From contig JBBRHV010000006.1 of NCBI GenBank assembly GCA_038222225.1, positions 1,626 through 65,625 on the forward strand: a stretch of 64,000 bases of DNA, written 5' to 3'. The DNA comes from Candidatus Omnitrophota bacterium. GTDB taxonomy: Bacteria; Omnitrophota; Gorgyraeia; Zapsychrales; JANLHA01. Position numbers and translations under genes: made by a program. How positions within the stretch are numbered: the stretch's first letter is position 1; the number at the start of each line of letters is the position of its first letter. The notes beneath the pieces were generated by a model. The model was not told the origin of the DNA and did not search any database. It saw nothing but the letters and a program-made list of their open reading frames with translations. Of this stretch, positions 36,001-48,000 are shown piece after piece.

Positions 36001-39000
36001 CAGCGCAAGACAAGGGTCTTCTGAACAATGAGGACCTGAGGCGCGCAGCCGTGGCCATGGAAGGTTTGCCTGGCATTATTCTGGATGAGGGGTCGTATAT
36101 GCAAAGCGATTTAAAGAAAGCAAGCGAGTTTGATTTTGTGATGGCTGACCGTATGGTTGAAGAATTCCGGCTGAGATTGGGGAATCCCGGGGTAACCCTG
36201 GTGGCGGAATCGTTAAATTGTGACGAGGAGGATCCAGACCATCAGACGGGGTTGATCATCGCTGCTGTGATGGACCATCCTGCCATTACCAGGGTGCTGG
36301 ATTATAATTCGATGAGTCCTTTTGTAAGACATGGTGGATTCTTGATCACCGACGGACAACAGAGAAATTCGGTGCCGTTATTTGACGGTGTGCAGGAGAT
36401 TGTGTTGGTCGGCGGGAATTTAAGCGCGTGTCTTAAGACGCAGCTTTTTATATGGTTATTCGCCTTGCGGCATGAGTTTGAACAGGGGGTTGTATCGGGT
36501 AACTGGGTCTTTCATATTCCTTCGGGCGCAGTGTTTGATGTTAACGAACAGATGACGGGTAATGAATTTTTAAGGAGAACGGATGGCGTGCGGAAAACAT
36601 TTTTAAAAGAGTTTTCCATTTTAAACGAAGGGTTTGCGGCAGATCGTTTCGGGTTGATTCGCGTGTATAGACAAGAAAAGTTTTCAGTGACTTTAAGGCT
36701 GTGGAAAAATTTTGAAGATTTTATGAGGCGATTGGATTCTGTGAAGAGGATGGCCCGCTTGGGTACGTCTAACTCCTCCGTATTGAAGCCGATGGCCGTT
36801 GGGATTGGCGTGCATGACGGAAGCCACATGAGTGAGGCGGCGGCGAAACGTACATGGGCGGCGCTTGAAAACGGAGAGCGCGTGAAGTTTGCCGATATAA
36901 GGGATCATGTTTTACCGGGGATGATTGATCCGATTGCTCAAAGCCTTTTGCGGGATGAAAGGGTTTGGATCTTTGTTCCGGATGTTATGGCGGGAGAGCG
37001 CGGTCCGCCGGTGCTGTGGTTTGATTCTTCTGAATATTTTGTTGTTTCAGCTATTTTAAATCAGCAAATCATTATTCCTGTCGGGCTTTTGGACCATCCT
37101 TCCCTGATCGAAATTTTGCGTTTTGAAATGGTGAATGTTATTTCTGGTGAAGAAGACGTCGCGCAGGGAGCTCTTTTGGCACAAAGTGTTTTGCGGTCTG
37201 TTCTCATGGTGATCAATAAGGGAAAAGAAGTAAAAAATAAGTCGAAAAAAGACCATGCTGCTGAAGAGATCAATTCTGCCGTTTTGAGCGGAAAGGACAA
37301 AGAATACCGTGTGATTTTTGAAGGCAACAAAACAACGATCCGTGGTGAAGAGGGATATTGGGTCCATGTTCAAGTTTTGATTGATATGGGGGAGATTCCC
37401 GCCGAAGGCAAGACGATTCGCAACGGGGACCGCTGGCAGCAGGAAACGTCCGAAGAAGTCTTTGGACAGGGAAAAATTATTGCGGTTCAGGGTGATTATT
37501 TAAAGGCCGAATTTGGGACCAAAGGAATGCGGCAGTTCAATTGGAGGGTGGCGGATATTGAGATTTTTGTTTCATTGAAGAGCCTTTTGTTTAAAAAAAT
37601 CCGCGACTCCGAGGAGGAAAAAAATAGGGCTTTTGCCGAAATTCAGAGGGGCGAGCTAGCCGGGTTGATAGACTCGGCGCTGCGTTGCGGGTATCGATTG
37701 CAGGATTTAGCCCGGGAAGCGGTTATATCCCCCAGTTATATAACAGGTATCGTGAAGGGGAGGATGCAGCCATCGACAGACGTTATCCGTAGGCTTGTTG
37801 CTGCAACAAAGAAGGCCATGGCCCATCCAAAAATGATTGGGCGAAAAAAGGGCGGGATGTTGATTAGCGCAGAAGAACGCCAAAGGATAGTAGCTCGTCT
37901 GCAAGCGCTTATTCAAAGAGGGTTCTTGCCTGCCCGGATCGCGGAAGAAGCGAAAATTTCTTTAGCACTTCTTTCACGCGTGCTTAATAACGGATGGGGG
38001 TTGGGTACCCATGCTCATGAAAAAGTGATGAGTGCTGTTGAGAAGATGGAGAAACAAAAACCGAATCTTGATCAGATAAGGGATGTCTTAGTCAAGATTT
38101 TAAACAGCGGTTATTCATTTGTTGAAGTGGGAGAAGTGGTCGGAGTGAGTGACATAAAACTGAGGCGCATCTACAAAGGAGAAACCGGTTTTGCTGTTGA
38201 CGAAAAAGAACTGTTAAATAAACTTCGGATTTTGAGCGGGCAGCCACATCCGAATGCTGTTTTAGGGAAAGCATTGTACCGGTTAGCCGTCCTTTTGGGT
38301 TCGCAAAAACGTGTGGCACAAATCTGCGCAGAGAACACGTTTGTCATCAGCAAACTCATCCGCGGTTCAGGCGGGGTTAAAGCCGATAAACGGAAAAATT
38401 TATACGCCTGCATTGTGCGCGCGTTACCAAAGATCGCAACGTGTTTGACTCTGGAATTGTCCGGTAAAGGGCTTGGTTCTTTAGCTGGGTCCATGGCAGA
38501 GGTCTTGCGCAACAGATCAGGCGCCGTGCGCTTGTTTACCGATGTGGACTATTTGACCTTTAACGCAGCCCGGATCCACGAGTTCCTGGCGGTTGAGAAT
38601 GTTCTACTTGAGCTGACGCAAAACATTTTCCTCAAGAAAGCGCGCGAATGGATCGATGAACAAGGTGTACATGTCATTTATCATGTTGTCCCTCAAGATC
38701 AGGCTGACTTAAATGGAAGAAACAAACCGTTAACGTTATCGAAGGTCCAGGGTGAACGTGATTGGATTGGCGCGGAGTTTTTTGACGAGCGTTCAGGACA
38801 TGCCGTCAATTCCTCTGTTTTGAATGCCGTTCACTCAGATATGTGGGTCAGGGTGAAGAATACAGTCCCGGCTCTGGAGCAGATGAAGCAGATGTTTGAT
38901 GCAGATCAAGATTTGCTCACAGAAGAAGGAGTGAGAGTGGAGAGAGACGTCCGCGACACGTTGATGGCGTTGCGCTCTTCTTTGAGAAACGAATGGGCTT

Positions 39001-42000
39001 TGGCGTTCGCGGAAGATCTTGTTGCCCTCATGCCGGATCCTGAACACTTTGATGAAACGGGTGAGTGGATGACGTGGTTTAAGCCTCATGCATTTAATGG
39101 GAAATTCACCCTTGAAGCATGGGGTCTCGGGCAGGAGTTCATCGATCGGTTGAACAAGGTGCGCGGGGCAGACACGAGCAAAATCAACAGCGTCGGGGTT
39201 AATTCGTCTATTTTTGGTCATTTATTCGGGGCAAAGAAAGAAGCGGCAGACATTGATTCTACGGAGGTCAGACAGGAGATAACAGAGTGTGATTTTGATC
39301 AGGCCGTGCGCGGAGTTCGACGCCTGGTTAATGAAACGCCGACAAATGAAATTGCAAAAGTTCTTTACGGCCTGCTTCAGTATGAGGAGGACTATTTGTA
39401 TTATCAGATTGTTCGTTATGAGGCTGCCAAGAGAATAGCCAAGGCATCGGTGGAGGAATATGAAGATCTGAAACAGTTGATCAGCACATTGCGGATGCTC
39501 GGGAAGATGATTGAAGATCGCCAAAAATTGTTTGAGGAAACAGGGGAAACGAACGTTGACTTTTATTTATTAGCCCTTCGACAGTCTCGACAGAAGTTAG
39601 CAAGATTATTCCGTTTTCATATTCGGGGGTATGAGAATCTTGACCGGGTCGTTCAACGGTTGGACAGCGACACGGTGGAGTATTTATTTTCGTTCTTCAG
39701 CAGGGCATCAGTTCAAGAATTCACCAGCTTAGATGAGCTCATGCAGATCATGACATTTGTCCGGCGGCGCACTTCTTTGGTGGATGAAGATCTGTTGGCG
39801 CGCGCCAAAGAAAGCCTTGAACGGATCATGGTGGAATGGGTTTGTGAAGTCGGCGGAGAAAAGGATCCTGATCTAAGGAGCCAAGAAGTCAGGAATATTC
39901 TAGAATACATTACACAGCATGATCGGACATTCCGTCAGAAATTGAAAGAAGGCATCAAGAGGGCCATTGGTTTCTTAGCCCGTCAAATCAGAAAGAGTCA
40001 AGATGACGCAAGGGAGGCGCAAAACTTGGCAGATAAGAAGGCCGTTGAAGGACGGCAAAACACACTGATTGATTTAAGCGTGAGTTATTCGGCGCTGATG
40101 ACAGCAGTGGATGATGAGTCAGGAGACGGAAATCTTGATGGAAACAATTTATGGGAAAGCCAAGACAGCCAACAGACAGATAAAAAATCAAACAATGATT
40201 TGGGTGCAAATGCTTCTGTATTGATGGGAAGAGAAAATTACAGGCATCTTAAAAAAAGATTTGATGATACAAACGCGGCGCTATTGATTGGAAGAAGTGA
40301 CAGGTCACAGACAAACAAGGAAATAAGGGCGAAGAGGCTCATTCAGGGGTCGATTTTAAATGCGTTTCTCTTTTGTCTTCCTGCTTTGGTCATTGCGGTG
40401 ATCGCTGTTGTGACTTGGGGGCCAAGCTGGAAGATATTTGTGGCGGTCTGGGTTATTCTGGCGTTAACACGGTTTGCAATGTCCATGCGCCATATTCCCG
40501 ATATTTGGAGAACATTGCAGGGCTTAGGTACGCCAACGAAGGGCGGCATCATTGAATTGGCTAAGGCCACTAAGACCAAGATGGAAAGGAAAGCTGTGGC
40601 GCGTGAGCAAGCCCGCAAGAAAGCGATTCATCAGGCCAAGGCTGCTATGGGCAGGGTTTCTCCCAAGAGTTATGCCATACAAGAGGAGTATAGCACCGAG
40701 GTGGGCCGAAAGATCCCGGCGGAACTTAGAAACGACGAAGAAATTGTTGAGCAATATGAAAAATTGACAGCCCGTGCGGAAGAATTTTTTGCGCGCAAAG
40801 TACGTTCACAAAAACCGAAAGAGACTGCGCCGCAGCATATTCCTGAGGTGGCACCAATACCGATAGAGCCTGTCCAAAGACAGGAAGCGCCTGAGGCGCG
40901 CGAAATGGCCAGAAAACGGTTCATTCGTCGACAGCTGGCTGAGGCGCGCCGTTATATTGAAAAGCTGGACAGCCGCGGGTTTATGAGCGCGCATGAGTTT
41001 TTGAACGCCGCCGAAACGTTTAAACCGGAGTGCGTTAAAACATATCCGGATGATGCTCAGGTGAAGGATTTTCTGACGTGGTTTGATTGTGCAGTTCAGG
41101 CTGTGGCACAACAGGTCGCGGATAATGTTCGGCGCATGGAATTTGAGGAGCGCAAAAAGGAACTGCTGGCATCATGGCGAATGATGGTTGAGAAATTGGA
41201 AAGAGCCCGGCAACGGCTGGATCAGGCTATGGCGGCAAGGATTTCCAAAGACCGCGCTTCGTTGGCAGAGTTGCAGAGAAGGATGGATCAACAGGTCGCG
41301 GATAATGTTCGGCGTATGGAATTTGAGGAGTGCAAAAAGGAACTGCTGGCATCATGGCGAATGATGGCTGAGAGATTGGAAAGAGTTCGGCAGCGGCTGG
41401 ATCAGGCTATGGCGGCAAGGATTTCCAAAGACCGCTCTGCGTTAAGTGAGTTGCAGGTAAGGATGGATCATCTGGCAGCGACCATAGAACAGCTTCGTCA
41501 GGCAAAAGATGTTTTGCGCGCGTTGACTTTGCCATCCGCGACCGCCGGTGAGGATGATTTGCGATCCGCGATTTTACAGGTGCTTCCCGTTGAAGTCAGA
41601 GAAGACCCGCGCTTGGCGCTTTTTATCGAACAGGCCAGGTTGCGGTTGTATGAACACGCTGTGACGCGGGTTTTGGATATTTTGTCTCAGTCTTCAGTTG
41701 ACCCCAGAACTTTTGATGACAGCGAGGCCTTCCGCCAGGCATGGATTGCGAAAGTGCCGGTATGGATGCAGGAGGATCAACGTATCATTGCAGCCCTTGA
41801 AGAGCGTATTGATCAAGGCCTTTTGGTAATAACCGAACAGGAGAAAAAGTCTGCTCAAGTTAAAAGGGAACAGGCATTAGAAAAAAGAGCGACTATTGGG
41901 GAACTTTATACCGCCTTAGGAAAAAATGATTTTGGAACGGCACTGACGAAAGCCTTTAAGTTGCGCACATTGGTTGCTGATATGCCGGTAGAGGATTGGT

Positions 42001-45000
42001 TGGAATTTCTTGAGATGTTTGTTGTGCAGGCAGCTCAGAGAATCGAACAATTACGTCGGGAAAAAAGGCATAAAGAGGCCGAACATGCCATCCAAGGAAT
42101 GCGTAGGCTTTTGGACAAGACCCCGCTGGCGGAAACTTTCAAGCAAATGCTAGGAGACATTGACCGCCGTTTGCAAGAAACACAACATAGAACGCCGGTT
42201 TCCGAGCGTATCCAAGAAGGAGCAAATGGCAATGAAACAAATTCTGCTATCGCGCATGGGACTGACAATGCAGATAATACGGGCAATGTACCGGATGAGG
42301 TAGGAGCAAGGCTTAGTGCTGAGGTCTGGCTGGATGTGGCGCATTTGGATGCGGAGGCGGTCAATGGGGTTTTGAGATTTAAGGGGAACGATGGCTCTGG
42401 ATTGACGTCTTTGACTTTGACAGACCTTCCGGTGAGTGCCGCTCTGGATCAATTATGGTTTTTGTGGTTTAAATGGAAGAATGACAGAGAAGCATTTTAT
42501 CGTGATTGGCTTTCTCATCTCCGAAACATTCCTTTATCGTTTTCTCACTTAAAACAAGAAGACAATTTAAAACAAGCTGTGCTCAGTAAAGGGCGCATGG
42601 CTTTTGCGATTCATGTGGCTGCCAATATGCGTTCTGACCGTTGTTTGTACGAACGATTAGAGGCAGCCGCGAGATCAGGAGCGCATACGGTGCTTGTCGT
42701 TTCCGGCGGAGGCCTTTATCAGAAAATTTTACGAAGAGTACCGTTTGGACGGTATGTGTTCCGTGATGGATCTTTGAAATTGATTCACATGTGGGCCAGT
42801 TTGTCGCGTGAGGGAAAGGTCCCTCCGGGTGTGAGGATCGCCGTTGCGCTTAATTCGAATTATATCGGCTCGAAGGCAAAGCGCGAAGCGGTTCGTTTGG
42901 TAAAGAAAGTGAAGTTGGCTCAAGAATTGGGCATTCCGCTTTCTCAGATCGAAATTCATACCATGGCTCCTTTGACCGGGTTTGAGTGGGTTGACGGTAT
43001 CGGGCTTTGGAACTTGCGCCATGTGGATGCGATCGCGTTTTTCAGGGACATCTTATTACCAGTTTTAGCAAAAAATGGAATTGGTACTAAAGAGTTAACC
43101 GTTCGTTTTGGTGTGGCCCATGTGATGAATGCAACAAACTATGCATTTTGGGTGTATTTGGCTGGCCGATCCGTCGATGAAAAGAGTGCGGGCCGGGCGT
43201 ATGACACTTGGCGAAAGCATTCACGTGCTGATCAACTGGCAAAAGCATGGTGGAGAGTTCAGTATGAAGTCAATAAGCGGATTCAGGAGCAGGCGTCTTT
43301 TGGTCACGTCGCATTGATCTTTCAGCCGGCGGCAAAGAAGGCGGGGGATGCGGTTATCCGTTGCGCGTCTTTTGTGCAAAGTGTGAATAGCGCGGTTTTA
43401 AAGACAGCAAGACAAAACGGGCTTATCAGCGATTCAATCATTATTCAGGAATTAGGTTTTATGCGCAGGATGTTTACGGCCTATGAGGGAATATTAAGTG
43501 AACAAGGCCGCAGAGCCATACAGAATATCAGTGAATTCATGAGTAGTCTTCAAAGAGGCTCGGCGGGGGATGATGTTCGCCGGAAAGCCGTCGAGTGGAT
43601 CTATAAAATGCCGGAACCGTTGCAGTTGAATATGGAAGACGAATGGCTGACGTGGTTTGATCACAAGAAAATCCAGTTGTTCCCTTATGGTTTAGGGGGC
43701 GGGTGCACGGAGCCTTGCTTGCATTGTTTTTGGGGGAATCCTGTTCCAGTGGCGAATCTAAATCCTCTTCCTGCCGTATTTCTCGGCGCGAAAAACAGCA
43801 AACGAGAAGTTCTTACGTGCGGACATTTTGATGATCTGGAATGGTATGACCCCTTATTCGGAATTGGGCTAGACAGCATTGTGAAGTATTATTTGAATTC
43901 AAATCCACGGCAAAGGTTAAGTCTTTTGACTCGCGGTTGGGAAAAAGAACATGCAAGAAAACAACAGGTTGTTGAGAACATTGTTCGTATTGTATCCGGC
44001 GCTGATTATAACTTTGAATTTGGAGTTTCCTTTAATCTTGCTCAGTCTGGAAAATATGATCTCGCTAAGGCGATTCAAAGTGGAAGGCTGGAGTCTGTTT
44101 TAGAACTGTATGCTCAGCGTCATCAACACATTTTAAGGACGCTTCGAGGCTTGTCGAAGATCCGATACGTGGTTCGTCCGCTTCTGCAGGAGCGGGAGTT
44201 GGATCATCCCACAGAGAAATTGCTTGGCATGGTCTTGCGCAAAGCTGAGGTTGCGGCTGCGGACGTGAGAAGGGCGGAGGCGACCGTCATTGGAAGCAAT
44301 AGAAACAGCCGAATCCCCTGGGGCCCAGGAACGCTCACGATCGAATGTGATCAATGCATCAATGAGACCGGTTCCGGCGGTGAGTTTATTCGAAGCATTG
44401 ACTCGGCGATTCGCGGAGAAGATTTTGTGCGAAGTTCCTACGGGCACATATATAGAGAAGGCATGCCGTGCGCTCAAATACACGGTGCTACAAATGAGAT
44501 CGTTGTTGTTCTTCCCAGCGGAAAGCGGGTGATGCGAGGACCGATAAGCGATTTTCCGATGAGGACGGTAAGGCAAAAGGGCGCTGCTCAAGGTGGCAAC
44601 TCTGCAATTTTAGCTGAGAAATTCAGTGATTGCGTTGATATCGATTTTGAGAGGATGTTACAAGACCGGAAAAAGAAGTTCTCCTCCAGTTGGCCGCATC
44701 TTGATTTTACAAATCGCATTTTGATTCCGTTTCCTCTGCCAATGTTGCGGGTGTACGGAAAAGAACCATTTCATGACGAAGATATTCAGCGCGTTATTTA
44801 TGAGCTTTTAACCAATGCTCACGATGAGGCGCCGGCCGGGCTGATCAGAGTGAATTTTGAATTGGGAAGCATTGATTCGCAGAACGGCCTAAGTCTTTTT
44901 ACGATCCAGATCGAAAATGAGCGCACCGGAGAGATCCCGTTTGATCAGATGTTTCGGTTCCTGTTGGGACAGGCAATCACCGGGAATCTGTGGCGTAATA

Positions 45001-48000
45001 AGACGACGGATCAGCCGGTCATTGAACGGATCCAGAACCGTTGGGAAGTTGGGGAATTGGAAAACATGCCGGACATTTACGAGCGCGTACCTGACCGTCT
45101 TCAGGCCCTTGCGCTGGCCCACCGCTATGTTCGTCAATATGGGCTTAAGTCGATCCTCTTTCTTGAAGGAGTCGGTCGAAGAAAAAGTAGAGAGAGAAAC
45201 GAGATCGGCGGAGTGGGCGTGGGACTTTATAACAGCCGGTATACCATCAATCGATTAGGGGGAAAGATTGATCTTGATGATACGCGCTCGGGCCGGACCA
45301 CGTTCGCGATCGGATTTTTTGTCCGGGAATTTTCATTGAGGCAAAAAGGATCGGATGCGTTTGTTAGCGGTGCTAACTCTGCGGTTTTTAGGGGATCGAA
45401 GGATTCTTCTCTTGATTCTCTGCTTGAGAGCATCATGGCGTCCCACAAAGAGAGCGGGGTGCGATCAACGCCTTGGGCTGCAAGGATGGACAAGCCGCTT
45501 GACCGCACAGGATTCAACGGGCCGCACCTTTTCGCGAATATTGAATTAACGAACGAGCAGGTTCGGTTGTTCCTTATCCTTAAAGAGCATAAACAGGCGC
45601 TCCTCAATTTACTTGGTGAAAGCTTCAGAGCTGTATTTGGGAAAGCGGCAGGGATCCTTCTTAATCAAAATGTTTCTGGATTTAAGGCAACACAGGTCGA
45701 TGAACAGTATTTAACTTGTACCGTTGGTGATCTTTTTATTCCAGCCATCGAAAATGCTTTTGATGCCTATATGAAAAAGAGCGGCCAATCATCCGATGTT
45801 CCGTTGGTTCTTGAATTTTATATTTCCTTTGATGGCCGGGTGATGATTGCGGAGATGCGCACCAATGGTCTGTCGTATGATTCCGGTGAGACCGCGACCT
45901 CCGAAAAGAAAAAGGACTCGGATCAATTGGGTGGAAAAGGGCGCGGACTGAAAGCCATTGATGAATTTGCTGCATGCATCGGCGGGATCCAGTGGGATAT
46001 CCGAAACCGTAAAGATCTTTTTCCTGAGGATGCGGAAGGATCTGTTTTTTATGTATCTCTTCAACGGGATAAGCTTTCTCAAATCGTCAGTCATGCGGCG
46101 AAGTTTTTTGGTCTGGGTTCGTGCGCGACATGCCCAGAGGATAGCGTCAGAAGAAATGCCGACGCAACGAGCAAGAATAGTGGAGCGAATTCTGCAGTCT
46201 TGAACGGAAACACGGATGATTCGACGGGAAGTGATTCTCAAAAGAAGCGCTTGGAAGATTTCTTGAGCATGGCTAAAAATTCACAGTTGGAGGCGTTTTG
46301 GTTAATTCATGAATTAAAATTGGATCAAATTGAGCGGGCCGTTTCCGTTGGCAGCGGCGTGCTTGCGTTGGCGCCGTTTGAAATGATTTTAATCGAAAGC
46401 GGTGTTGTGGTTACGATTTTTGATCCCGATCCAAACGTTCAGGAAAATTGGGCGCAGTATAAAGCGCGAAGGCTTAATGGCCATTGTGTTGACCTTGTAC
46501 CGTTATCCAGATCAAAATTTGGAAGTTCAGCACAGCCGATCCAGGGTGCGCAGATGTATATTACGATGAATGTTTTTGGTCGTTCGGGCATTCCTATGAC
46601 AGAACGTGCACAAATGTTAGGCCTCTTAGCGAAAAGTTTTAAAAACGGGGACTTTCTTTTGAATGGATGGTGCAGTCCGCTGGCGTTTGAATTGATTGCA
46701 AATTCGCCGGCACCCCAAGAGGATGTCAGGGTCGAGACCGCGCTCAATCACGAGCATATGCTGGCCTTGGTGAATCTTTTGGAATCGCGGCATATGATGT
46801 TGGAGCCTGTCCGTTTCGGCAGGAAGGAGGACGTTCTTCATCAGAGGGACTTTTATCGAATTATTCCGCTCGGATCACCGGTGATGCCGGTAGCTGATAA
46901 AAATCGAAAAAAGAAGGGTGAGCGCCAGCCTGGAAAGAGGATGTCCGAAGATAAAGGCGCCAATGCTGCTGTTTCGCAAAATAATGAAGGCGTTCCGGCG
47001 GATGATCGAGGGATCGATTGGAAAGGATTAAGGGCAGGGCTTGAGCAGGGAAGTTCCTTGTCGTTCGGCAAGGTCAAGCAGCTGATCCGGGCAGGGAACA
47101 AGAAGGTGTTTGGTCTGCTGCAATCTGTCGTCGCCGGCCACAGCAAACAAGAGGCTGCGGTTTGGCATTTTATTTTGACGGTGGATCTTGATCGGGAATA
47201 TTCAGCCCATTTGGGTTCGAACATGAGAAATTTGAAAATGGCTGTTATCCGGGCCGCGCAAAAGGATCTTGAAAAAGGCGGTGTGCCCGGGTCCGATCTT
47301 CTGGAGCAGTCTGTGTCCTATGGTGATGAAGATTCTTTGAGCGCTCTTCAAAGGGTGGCCTTCGGTGTCAGCAAAGGGAAATTCCTTGCGATCAGAGTAA
47401 TCTTTGAGGCGCAAAAGGAAAAGAGTCCGGCGTCTCCGCAAATACGGGCTGTTTGCCGGGGATTTTTGAACACGATCGCCTATAAATTAGGCGAAGGGAT
47501 CGAGAGGGATCCAGAAACGGGGTTACTCATACTTGGAGCGCTTGTTTTTGAGATGCCTTGTGAACCGATAGGGGAAGGGGCCCGCGGGATATTAAAAAAT
47601 ATCGTCGATGGGAAGTGCCGGTTGACTAAAGAGAAAAGGATTGAGGCGTTGAATTCTTTGGTGGAATGCGTTCGTGACGGAGGCTCTGTCGATTTGCTGG
47701 AGTGGATTTTGAAGGGCGTGGCCGCGCTTGACGGCAAAGGCTTCCCGCGTCTCAATAGCTGGAGCGTTCAAGAGATGCTGGGTTCGCTTTTCCACAATGT
47801 TTCGGTGGCGCCAGTATTGCGCTTGTATGCTTATGGACTGATGCCATTGCCGGAAAACGAGACCGAAGCGCTTGTATTAGCTAAACGTGTGTTACATGAA
47901 AAGGCCCATTTGACCTCCTTGGAACTATTTTCAGACAGCGGTGTTTGGCACAATGAAGAGCTTAAGGTTTATATCTTGGCCGTGTATTTGATTATGGTTG

